From Octopus sinensis (lineage: Eukaryota): 64,000 nt of DNA. Below, piece after piece: positions 25,301 through 38,500 of the stretch; position 1 is the first letter of the stretch; the number at the start of each line of letters is the position of its first letter. Made by a program: the position numbers and the translations under genes. The DNA lies in NCBI RefSeq assembly GCF_006345805.1, contig NC_043011.1, forward strand, positions 24,006,464 to 24,070,463, written 5' to 3'. The notes beneath the pieces are model-generated. The model did no database searches, was not told the DNA's origin, and saw nothing but the letters and a program-made list of their open reading frames with translations.

Positions 25301-27797
25301 TAATTAATAACAGCAATTCCACATTCCACATATTTGATATATCTATAAATTACAAAATCCATGAATGTTCCAATGTTTGTAGCAACTTGATAGAAGTGTA
25401 CTTCACATAATACCACATGTATTTCATTATTCCTTATGTCTCTAATGATACTTTCCGAATGACTTGTGTACTTGATATTATCTTCTATTCATATCTGGGA
25501 GAGGAATGATAAATTAATTTTAAATTAATAGTTTCAAAATAATAAAATTAAATAAAGTCTAGTGTGCTGCTTGTCCTGTTGCATTTAATAATAATGATAA
25601 TTTCTAACTTAGTCCACATTATTTTGTGTGCATATGTACAGGAAACAGGCTATAGATGATTAAATCAATCCCAATACTAGGTAGGCACTTATTTTATCAA
25701 TCACAAAAGAATGAAAATCAAGTAATACTCACATTTGTGGTGTGTGGAACTCCCAAAGCATTGATAACACCAACAACAAGAAAAGTGACAACAACATTGA
25801 TGAATGTCTTATTGATGGAATTTCTCTCCAAGCATGGTATCAGTGATTCCATAATGTTGTCCACCAAAGTCAGAATAGCTACACACTGAAACAAAAACAA
25901 CACAAGAAATAATACCAAGCAATTTGAAAAAAAAAAAAAAAAAAAAAAAAAGAAAAACTTTCTTAGAACAGTAAATAAAATTTCTTAATTTGAACAAAGC
26001 ACTAAAGGATACTGGAAGTAAATTATTTTCAATGTTTTTAGATTATGGGAACCTATGCAGGCTTGTGGTTAAAAAGTTTGCTTTCACAATCACTTGGTTC
26101 TAAGTTTGAAATCACTGAGTGGTAGCCAGGAGAAGTGTTTTTTCTAAAGCCTTGTGTGTGAGAGTTTGAAGCTCTTTGAATACTTGTGTTTGTATGTATG
26201 TATGCCTCTATCTGTCTCTACAGAGGATGATAGAATCACTAGTTCATTATCAAACAAAATATCTTGTAGCAGTTATGTCCCTTTATATCCAAGTTAACTT
26301 TGTCTTCCAGTTTTCCAGAGTTGATAAAATATATAAAAGACAAAGTAATGGAGGAAGATGTAATCCACCAAAACCATTGAAGGTGGTGCCTCTGCATAGC
26401 CAAGGTCCAATGACTGGACCCAGTAAAAGAATATAAGAAAGGTATAAACCCATTTGGATTAGATACACAAACCATTTTTTTGTGAAATGATGTAGTTAGT
26501 TAAACTGGATCCAAGAAAATTTGCACCCAGGGAAATTTGAACTTAAAAAAGTGGTTTAAAATGAAATTATAAATTTTAACACTTTAACCCTTTTGTTACT
26601 GTATTTCTGTTAAGATGCTCTGTGTTTCTTTCAATTACTTTAAATACAACAAAGAATTTAGTAAAATAACCTAGTTATCATTCAGCTAGTGTTAGGAACA
26701 TAAATTGTGATTAAGGTTTGGTGGAAGATTTTAATTCAAAACTTATGGAAACAAGACATTTGTACTACAGAGCCAGAGGCGGTTTCAGCTGAGTTGGTAT
26801 CAAAAGAGCTAATAATCTGAACTGACAAAAAGTTTTTAAAATGTAGTCACCAAGTAAGTTTTGTAGATATCTTGAAATAAGATTCATCATTTAACATCTG
26901 TCTTCCATGTTGGTACAGGTTGGATAGTTTGTCAGGAGCCGGCCAGGTAGAAGATTACACCAGGCAACTTTGTTTTGACATGGTTTTTATAGCTGAATGC
27001 CCTTCCTAACACCAACCACCCTGTAGAATGGACTGAGTGCTTTTTATGTGGCACCAGCATAGGTGAGGTCAGTTTTGGCATGGTTTTTACAGTTGGAAGC
27101 CCTTCCAAATGCCAACCACTTCAAAGTGTTGAAAAAAAACAAAAAAGCCATGCAGATATGGGTGTGTGGTTAAGAAGTTTGATTCTCAATCACATGGTCT
27201 TCGGCTCATTCCTACTGAGTGGCACCAGATTGACTGAAGCCTTGTGAATGGATTTAATAGACAAACTCCAAGAAGCTAATGTGTGTGTGTGTGTGTGTTT
27301 GGTTGTGTCTCCTTGTCTTAATAGTGTGACAGTCATAAACGAGCATCATAATCATACAAGCTGTTTCATTCATTTCCAATATTCTACAAGGAGAGGTGAC
27401 CAGAAGAGAATCTGGCTACAGAAAATCTGTTTCAATAAACACTGTCTGATCCATGAAAGCATGAAAAAGTGGACGTTGAAACAATGATGATGGTAGAGTC
27501 AAAGACTTGTAAAAAGTCAGTGATTCAACTGTGTTATAAACTTTCTGATTTCAATGTAGATGTGAGAAAGAGAGAGTGGAGAATGTTTGTGAGAAATTAC
27601 ATAAATGGAGTTGGTGAGGGTAATGTTTTGAATGGCCTGAGGTTTGTTGTTTAGCAAAGAGGTTATCAAGATGTTATCTAAGTAAGTATTTTATTACCTT
27701 TATGAATAGGTTGAGGAAATGAATACTTTTTCTGTTAATGAGATGTGATTTATCTTAAACTGTTGCTGAAGTGTTTTAACAGTTACAAATTCAACTG

Positions 27798-27837
<40 letters not shown>

Positions 27838-28056
27838 CTCCAACAATGTGAGGACATGGAACAAGTATAGTGTTATTGGACGCTCAGGAAAAGAAAGAAA
27901 GAAAGAGGATTTAACGTTTCGAGTGGAGCTCTTTGTCAGAAATATAGAAAAAAAAGGAAAAGTCCAAGGAAGGGAAGACGGAGAATGAAAATCGCCAATG
28001 ATACACATGCGTTCACATATTGAAAATATACATATGTATATATATATATATACATA

Positions 28057-28088
<32 letters not shown>

Positions 28089-31000
28089 CATACATATAAA
28101 TACATATATATACATACATACATACATACATATAAATACATATACATATATATACACATACATATACATATATATACACATACATATATATACACATACA
28201 TATATATACACATACATATACATATACATACATATATATACACATACATATATATACATATACATACATATATATACACATACATACATATATATACACA
28301 TACATATATATACATATACATACATATATATATATGTGTTTGCTCATTGTGCTAACATTACATTAGTAAGAGCAAAGTATATACAATGTATATAGTTTGA
28401 TTGTACTTGTATACCATTTTATTTATTATGCTTACTCTCTGCTCTTTCCCCAGATTTTGTTATAAACTACTACAAATTTTTGTTATTTCCTCAATGACCT
28501 TTGACCACTCCTTACTGATCTCAATTTTCTCAGTAAGCTTCCTATATCACCCCTTTCCCATTCTTTCCCCTTTTGTTCATGTGTGCAGCAGTGCCACTAT
28601 GTGCATATCCTTTTGCCTTTCTGTTTCCTTTCGTATGCATTCTTTAATACTATCTTCCACCTTATTTGACCCGGCTCTCTCAATTGCCAGCTCATTTCTC
28701 TTGACCTCTATCTTGCTCAACCCCTCTGTCATACTGCTCTCATTCTGTACCTCCTACCAGATAATTCCCCTTCCACACTACTTACATTGGCTCTCCTATT
28801 ATAATTATCCTTTTGTTGCCTTTTTCATTCTCAATTGTGGCCAAAACAATAACACTTCTATACTCTCTCCTTCTGGAACAAGGACAAGTGCTTTAAACAG
28901 TAGTTTCTGTCACTCTCCACTATATATAATCATACTGAATTCTACAAGCTCTTTATGTATTTGCATGGGTTATATTTTGCCATTTCAGATATGATTATAT
29001 AAGAGATATTTGCCCAATGACACTGTATTCTGTTGTTTATTAATCTTTCTAAATGCTATAATTATATCAAAGTGGCTTTAATGAAAAATCATATCTATTA
29101 AAGTAAATATTACAATAAACAAAGAGATCTTATTCTATTCTTTCAAGTCATAGATCAAATAAACGAGTCAAACTCTAGAGCCTCTATGAGGCTGCCTGAT
29201 GTGTGAGAAATAGTAGCCAAATCTCCCTCTAATTCCACCCTATCGTACAAGACAAAGTAATCCAAGATAAACAAAAAAGATGGAATAACTACAACTAGAA
29301 TGTTTCTGATCATAATCTGCTGGATCAGGTTTGATCTGGTGTAAAACAATAAAAATACAGTAATACCTCACTTTACGAGGACCCGCTTTGCGAGACCCTG
29401 GGTTTATGAGTTTTACTTTTTGAGCACAAGATCCAAATTTTGAATGAAGTGAAAAAGTTTCTACTGCCATAACAAATGCTTCTGCGTGTTACCGAGAAAT
29501 TTATAGAGAGTGAAAAAAAAGGCTTCTTCTAAATAAATAACTCTAGACTTGTTTTTTAAAAAAGAAATCTACAAGTCCATCTGTGAGTGCTTCTGAATTG
29601 GCAATTGCTTCTATAAGTGATGGTGTGCTCAAGTCTAGTGCCAGTGAGAGTGATTAAGAAAACAATTATAATAATAATATTTTTTTATAATAAATGATCT
29701 TGACATTCTTTTTAATTTACATAAAATCTTTACATTCCACTGTTGTTTTATCACCATTTAGTTACGAGTATTATAAATTTTACTGGTAAAATATTTTTTG
29801 GGAATAAATTATGGTTTATAACATTGCTACTATGGGAAATTATTGCTCTGCTTTATGAGTTTTCACTTTATGAGTGGTCACTGAGGACAAATCAACTTGT
29901 ATATTGGGGCATTACTGTACATTAATTTTTTAAGACAAGCAAAACAACTGGAATATGTCTGTGTGTAGAAATTGGCTTACCAGAAATAAAACATGATATA
30001 AGAAGATGGAGAGGTAGAATAACAAGGCATATGCAGGTGGGATGCGCAAATAGCTGAAGGCTGTAGCCATGGTATCAAAAATGAGAGGATAACCTGTAAT
30101 TAGGAAAGAAAATATATTAGTTATGAAAATTTGAAATGAACTTTACTTCTGATAAAATTAAAACATTAAGTGAGCGACTTAAGGTCTTGAGATGATAGTT
30201 TTAATCAAACAAATATTGAAGTGTAGAATGATCAAATTAAGAACAAATTTATGATCTAATTTAATGATAATGAATTTAATAATATTAGACTATTGTAGGA
30301 GAAATTTTTATAAATTGAAGCCTGACTAACATCAGAACAATTTATTTATACAATGATAATAATGTAGTAACTAAAGGGACAAATAGCATAGTTTGTCTAC
30401 AAGTGGTTCTCAACCAGGGTTCACATCAGATTTTTGGGGATCCACACAACAAAATAGTAAACTAGGGATCCACAATAGTATTTTAAGGGCCCCTCAAAAA
30501 ATTTTTTTACAGAGTTCAACTTACACAAGACAATGCAGAGAAAAACATTAATAAATAATATTCTATAAAACTAGTTTTTAAACATCAAATGATTATGGGG
30601 GGTCAATCAGAGTAAAATAATAATAAAAGGGGGTCCATAGATAAAAAATAACGGTTGAGAACCTCTAGAAAAGAGAAACTAGTGGAAATTGAAGGGAAAA
30701 AAAGGTATAGAACAAAAATAAAAATAGAACATAGTGAATATGTAAAGAGTGAATATTTAAGTACTTGTATTAATGATGAAAAAAAGGCAATTCAACATGT
30801 GAGATAAAGAATTGAGTTCTCAACAAAGACTGTATAAGCTAGTTCGGGGTTGATTAGATCTCAATAATATAAGTTTAGCAGAAAAGCTGCGATATCATCA
30901 AGATGATTACAAAGATACAGGAAGTAGTTAGGTTGAAATAGGAATTATTTGTATCTTGAAAACAGTTTCCCAGAAAATGTTGAAGATTGGAGAAAAGGAT

Positions 31001-32495
31001 AACTTTATATTGATTCAGTTCCACTTAAGTAATATCGTTTTTCTCAATTTTTTTTTTCTATAGATGAATGCCTTAAGAATGAGATAGAACCAGAAAGGTT
31101 TTTGGTTTTTTTTTTGTTAGTTAAAAGGACTATAGGAAATCAAAAAAACATCCAATACAACAGCAAGTCAAACATTAGCTGACACAAGTTATACAGGATA
31201 TAAGATTTGTCACATATTCAATTAGAGGCTAAAAAGTTAATTGATAATAAAATGCCTTTTGTATTGATAAGAGATAATTAGCTGTATCTTCAAGAAATTA
31301 AGAATATGGTACAGATGTTGGAAGTTAGACAACCTGGAAGTAATACTGAATATAAAAATGTATGCTGATAGAGGCTGGTTTAAAGTATAATACCTAATAT
31401 TTTATACAAAACAGCTGTCTAAATGTTTTACTAATCAAATTATACATATATAAAAACTGACAAGAAATAATACTAAGAAATGTTTTAGATAAAAGAAAAT
31501 ATTACACACCACTAAGAGGAACATCACTAAGTATTGCTTGAGATTTTTGTATTAGATTGCCAAGATAGGGTGCCATAGTTAATGTAGGCAGCATCCAGAA
31601 GACACCATACATCAGTATCATTAATAACCATGTTCTATAATATAAAAAGAACAAGTACAAAAAGATATTAGTACAGATGATAAAATATTGAAGGATCATA
31701 GTTACAATTATCAAAGAATTTAAACATATTAAAATAGCTTATTCCAAAATTATATATATTTGTAATGTCAGGTTTCACAATATAAAATATCTGAATGCCA
31801 TAACTTAGAAAAATAAAAAGGAAAAAGAAAAAAAGCAACAACAAAAAAATGGAGATTTAAATATTTAGTTACTCTCTGAAATAAAATTCAGATAATTCCA
31901 ATATATTTGTCACATTTTTCTAAAAAAAATTTTTACGGAAAAGTTTTTTTTTTCCCCTAATCATTTAAAAGTTGTGATTGGTCATCTACATTTGATATGT
32001 GAAAAACACTAGTAGCTGGAAAACTTTAAAGTTCTACTTAATAACTGCTATTTTTAAGTATAATTATGAAATTAAAATTTTTAAAAAATAATTTTTAGAA
32101 CATTAAAATAAAGACACACATGTGTGTGTGTAAGAAGATATATCTGAAAAAAAATTAAATTTATGTTGGCATATGGATAATTAAATTGTATAATTTTTAG
32201 TTTATTGGTACATTTTAATTTTCAAAATGGCTAATACTTTTTTTATGTATTTTAGCCCAATTCTTTATTTCTTTTTAATTGAGAGACAAATTTTTAATTA
32301 AATGTTTATATTAATGATATAAATTATAAATGTTGAAGACAAAAAAAATCATTGACAGAATGGCTTCAAATATATAAAAAAAGGAAATATTTGATGCTGT
32401 TTTTCAATAACAAAGAAAAAAAGATCAAAAAGTAATCTTGATTTTCTTTCTTTAATAAAGAAAATACCAACTTGGTTTCGAGTGTTTTATGTGTA

Positions 32496-32530
<35 letters not shown>

Positions 32531-35500
32531 ACTCTACCTTTGGTATTCGTGTATTATTTTTTCCACCTTGTTTTGCACCATTGTGTTTGCGTTTCTGTGT
32601 GTGCGCGCGCGTGTATGTGTGTGATCATCATCTCGATTGATGTATGTTTTCCCTGCTGGCATGATTTTTATGGCTGGATACCCTTCCTAATGCTAATGAC
32701 TTTACAGAGTGTACTGGGTGCCTTTTACATAGCACCAGTGAGGTCACCAAGTCATTTGCAAGAGAAGATTCCTCAGCAGAAGGGGAGTAGTGCCGAATGA
32801 CAAAAAAGTGTCATCTTGTCAGGTGGAAAGAAAGAAGATGATGAAGATGTGAAGGGCAGGGGGCAGGGCCCATACACCCAAGTTACAAGGAGGTGTATAT
32901 AGTGAAATGCACGTATGTATATATATATGTGTGTGTGTGTGTGTGTATCTCATTTACTTAGATATGTTCTAAGTGCTGTGCAATGAGAATAAAACCAGAA
33001 CTAAGTGACTGTGAAGAAAAAAACACAGCCACGTGTGTGTACATACATATGCATCCACTTATGCACATACACATACTTTAACACATTATATGTGTATACT
33101 TATGTACATATATATATATATACACAGAATTACAACTAAACAGATGCATGTACTGTAACACACACATATACTTATGTACATATATACATATATTTACAAA
33201 TATACATATATAAACAAGTACTTTACCACACACATTCTCTTCAAAAGTAAAGAGTTTAAAATGCGTGAATGTGCAATAGTATTTGTGGATAGGGATGTTG
33301 ACAGAGGTGCTTGCTAATGAAAAGAGTTTGTAGACAAAGTGTGAGTCATGTCTAGATAACTGTATGTACATGTGTGTCACATATTTATATTCCATGAACA
33401 AAAAAGTAAAAACAAAAAAAACCCCGATATCTTGTGTGAAAACAGTAATATCAATAATAGAATGAGCTTAATAGAGAAAAAAATGATAAATAAATAGATA
33501 GAGAGAGAGGTACAGAGAGAGACAGAGAGACAAAGAGAGAGGGGAGAGTGCGAGTAGGAAAAAGCTTAAGCTGATCTGTTAGGTGACTTTCTGATGTGAC
33601 TGTTGCCACTTCGAATTCTGACTAGAAATTACAGGCAAGTTGGAGAGGTGCCAACCATGATGTGAGAGCTGTGGTTTATCAGTAATCTAACCTGCAAAAG
33701 ATGGCAAGATATGGAAGCTAAAATAGTGCCTTGCTATGGATAGAGACACAGTTTTATAGCTATGGAGATATTGTATTCTAATCAAGAGTGAGATCTCTCG
33801 AAATGGCTAGCTTCAGTAACTTTAAACAAAATCTAGCTGAGTTTGCCAAAGAAAAGTTGGAAATGTGTTTTGATCTTGAGAAAAAATGAGAATTGATTGG
33901 AAATTGACTTCAGAAATGGATGAGAAAGAGGTATGACAAAACTGAAAGTGTTTCATTTATTTGCAATGAAAAACATTGCAATGTGTTTCTGTAAAGCAGA
34001 GATTATTATTTAAAAGTTGGACAGCTGATATAACTGGTAGAATTTCAAAATCATGATTATATCTATGCCATTGTCTTTGAAGTACTTTTGTTTCCTTCTG
34101 TCTTAATTCTTAAACTTAATTGTTTACATAACATCAAATCTAACCTGCAAAAAGGGAAAAGATATAAAAAGGGATGTGAAGAAGTTTATGTTAATGGGGG
34201 AGGAGGAGGAGGAAGAAGAATATTATTGAATAAGGAAATAGATATAGAGAAGCATATGGAAATATTTGGGTATCAAGAGGGGGCAGATGTAGGATTTAGA
34301 GAAAACGTATTTAGTAAGTAGTATTTTCACTCCCAGAAACAATTTTTATTCCTCAGCACCAGAAAGGCTAACAATAGAGTGTATCTTTTCACATATCAAT
34401 ACAAATCTATTTTCTTTAATTTCCAATAACAACCAATGTTATACCATTGCACTGTGGCATTCCCTTAGGTGTTTTTTCCCAAGTATAAATATTTTACATA
34501 AAACCATACCTGAAAACAACTGTGATAACGAAAGGAATAAGCTGAAAACAATGGTGATAACTAAAGGATATAATCTTACAAAACAGTTGGTCATACCATA
34601 TAATGAACATCTTCACTGGGAGCTGAGATCATTAATTATCTGTCTCACTTATTAGACACTAAATATAGTGGGAGAAACCTCATATAACTTGTGTCATTTA
34701 TTAGTTTTAATTAACTGATAAGAAAGTTTCCATTCTAAAATAGAATACATCTGAATTAATATCATAGTGCTTCTGTCACAGTTTGATCATCTAATAAGCT
34801 TTGTTATTATAGATCTTTTCATTAGGAAAAAGTTTTTTTACATTAATTCATACCCACAAGGATTACTGTTAGAATCAGATTCATGTCACTATTAATTATA
34901 AGTACTTATCAAGATATAATAATGATCAAAAGTATTTCAATTCCACATTATTTTTTTAGTGTATCATAAAATCAGATTAACTTACACATTTTTATGAATT
35001 TTTCCAAAGCCTGTCATTTTACCCATTGTTGGAGCAATTCCAAACCATAATGGTAAGGCCATTTGAATGTGTACGAAAGAACTCATGCATTTCTGGAAAA
35101 AAAAAGATTGTATCAATACATATTATTTTGCAAAGAGTGTATTTCGATATTCTATAAAGCCATAAAAGCTATGTCAAGTAACTATATAGATTTATAGAAT
35201 ATTCTGAAACTGTTTCAACTATTTTATATATGTAATACAGGTAGGATAGATTTTATTGGAGTTCATTTTTAAATATAAGCACAAAATTTGAAATCCAAAA
35301 CTTAAGAGATTATAAAATACTTATGCCACAATGTTTAGTGTAGAAAAATTGTATCACTTCTACCTCCAATGCCACCATCACCACCACCAATAATAATAAT
35401 GTTTATTGGCCACACAGGCCTACATAGAACACACAGGGACACAAATACAAATCACAAATGGAGGGGTTTACCATGTAAACATATAAAATGATAACAAAAG

Positions 35501-38500
35501 GAAACAATAAAATTAAACAATTACAATTCCCCAAAGACGAGGGGACTTCCAAAGGAAAACCATGCAAACCCCACAGAAAATCATGGTTTTCCTTAGGCAA
35601 GTGCTTCCTCTCTCTCTCTTATTCCACTCAGAAGCGTATGCTCAGAGCAGGCCCATTCACACAAACCATGCTTGCCACTCTCATCCACCTTTCAATAAAT
35701 TTGCTATAATTTTGATGCGCCTCTTCAAGTGAAACCTGAAAAACTTGATCAGAGATTCACCAGGGAGGAAAGATCCCATTTTCAGCCCTTTCAGTCTTGT
35801 CCACCACACAACCTTTTTCACCATGGTCACCAGGCAGATGAAAACTATCTGGCCTTCCCAACCAAAGGAAGGGGGCAGAGCAGTCTTAACAATAGACTTG
35901 GATGATAGCCAGATCCATGCAACACACAACAGCAAGTGCTCAACATAAACCCACATGTCAGAAATTGTCGGGCACTAGATGACTGTGTTCAGAACCTTTT
36001 CCATTGCTCTGCTCACATCTTGGGCAGCTCCGACTGACAGCACTTCTGTACCTGTGGAGTTTATCCTGAACCAGCAATGTTCCTCGATAGCACTGCCAGG
36101 CCAGGGATTTCTGAAAGTTATCCATAGGCCCAGGCCTGAAAGTCCTCTGGAAAAGATTGGTCAGTTGTTCCTCATCAAAGGCCAGAGCCTCCCTAAGGAT
36201 GTTGTTGCACCTATCCACCACTAACCCCCTATAGAACGCCAAGGTAGAATTTCCACCAATCACATTCCACCAACTAAGAGGGCTTGTCAGCACTCAAGGG
36301 GCCACTCACCCTCCCTCAATCTCCACTCGACCCAAGGTTGCAGTTCCATTGAGGAGACGAGTTGAGGAAAGCAGGTCTGATGAAGGGCAACCACACCTAC
36401 TCACCATCAAGGAAACGCTGGAGATGCCACAGCCACAGCACATGCCTATGCATCAGCAACCACACCATGCCCATCCCTCCATTCAGCAGTTGGACTGCCT
36501 GACAAGAGGAATGTGCCCTTTCCACATAAAGCAAAAATATATGCTCCAACTTGTTCAGGTGTGACTCAGGGCAAGGCATGACGGTCAGATGGTAATAGAT
36601 GATGGATGTGATGTATGTATTCGCCACCTCCACCTGACCTTTCAGGGACAGTTTCCTTTCAGACCCTGAGTAGCTTAATCGGTCCATCTGTCCAGTGCCC
36701 TACAACACTGTTGAACAGCATAGACCTGCTTCTCTGGGTGCTGAGTTAAAGACCTACTAACTTGTCCAGGTTAATCTTTGCTCCTGTTGCTGCTTCACAT
36801 TCCTTTAGAGTGGTGCTGATTGCCTCAATGTGCATGGTGTCCAACACAGCTACAGTGACGTCTGCATACGCCAACATATTTCTCTTACATCCTAGCTCTT
36901 GTGGGAAGCCACTCAATGCCTCCATTTTCCATATGAGTGGCTCTAAGCTTAACACATACAGAAAAGGCAAGAGCAGGCAACCTTGGTGGACCGAGTGCAA
37001 AATACTAAACAATTCCGATAGGTGGGCATTGACCTTGACCACTGAGGAGATGCCACTGTAAATTGTCAAGATCCAGCCCCTGAAAACTGGCTGCTCTGAG
37101 GACTGCTGCCAGATATCAATGGTTGACCCTATCAAAAGCTTTCAATTGATCTAAATTGATCTGAGGCCCATCCATGCCAGTTTCCCTAGCCATTCCCTCT
37201 ATGATGTATTGCATGAGGTGAAGGTTGTGGTGGATGGATTGCTTTGGAATGGAACATGTTTGTGCCTCACCAATCAGCCCAACAACGACAAGCACCAGCT
37301 TCTTCACTAACACCTTGATCATGAATAATAATAATAATAATAATAATAACAACAACAAATAATAATAACAACAACAACAAATAATAATAATAATAATGGT
37401 GATTTATTAATTGGCACAAACCATGAAGTTTTAATTAACTCCTGTACTTTCCTGGAAGATGAATAGCAAAATCAACTACAACAGGATTTGAACTCATTGT
37501 AAAGAGATGTATCTAAATACCACAAGGCATATTTTCCTTAAAAATCAGAGTTAAAATTGATCAAATTGATTTTAGTTATCATTTATGACAAGAATGATTT
37601 ACCTCATGCAAGAATGACAAATGAGATCAGACATTAAATATCTATCTTTTCTCCTTCACTTGTAATCACCATTGGTGTTCCTCAATGATATTAGAATTAA
37701 TGATTTTAGTGGTGACAGTTGTAATCTTTTAAAGAATGTTAGCAATATAAGTCAAGCAATAGGAATAGAAACTGAGCAGTGTGTTTAGCTCACTGACAAC
37801 TAACTGCTTTGTCACAGTATCAGGTTAGCATGTTATTGACCACTAAAACTGGATGAAAGGTAAAACTGACTGTTGACAGGTAAGAGTTATCAGAAAATCA
37901 GAGTTTAGGAAACCCTAGATTATTAAGTTCAAATATCCACTATCAGAGAAAGTGGGGGAGAGAAAAAAAAAAGCAATAACTTACTGTAAAGATATCTTCA
38001 GATGTAAAATGACTTAGTTTAAAATCTGGTATTGTAAAAATAAGTTTCAGCATGTCTTTTGTAGGTTCTTGATCTAAGCGTGCAAGTCCATAACCTAATA
38101 CAACCAGTGTACAGGAGATTGCAATAGGAGTAACAACAGCTAAAATCTGAAAGTAAAGAAAAATATACCTTATAATGTCTAATAATACAGCTGCATTTTT
38201 TTCTTAATCTTATGCTATCTTTGGCATATATTGATGTGCATTTCAATGATTAACAATATCAAATGCTTCAATGCTCTATTTAACCCTTTTGTTACCATAA
38301 ACTGGATCTCTGTCAGTTATGACGATGAGGGTTCCAGTTGATCCAAACAACAGAACAGCCTGTTGGTGAAATTAACATGGAAGTGCTTGAGCACTTCACA
38401 GACATGTGTACCCTTAATGTAGTTCTCAAAGAGATTCAGCGTGGCATAGAATGTGACAAAGTTGTCCCTTTGAAATACAGGTACAACTTATTTTTGACAG

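Noticed and set aside
28401-28994. 197-aa S/L/F/I-rich plus-strand ORF
   Set aside because: Pyrimidine-rich low-complexity composition typical of the antisense of a decayed purine-rich retroelement; no motif or splice support.
29155-29349. Hydrophobic ORF with an AG acceptor in intron 9, considered as an alternative SLC6 exon
   Set aside because: The phase-0 reading stops after 31 codons with no SLC6 similarity, part of the pyrimidine tract abuts a MITE end, and exons 9 and 10 already join in frame.
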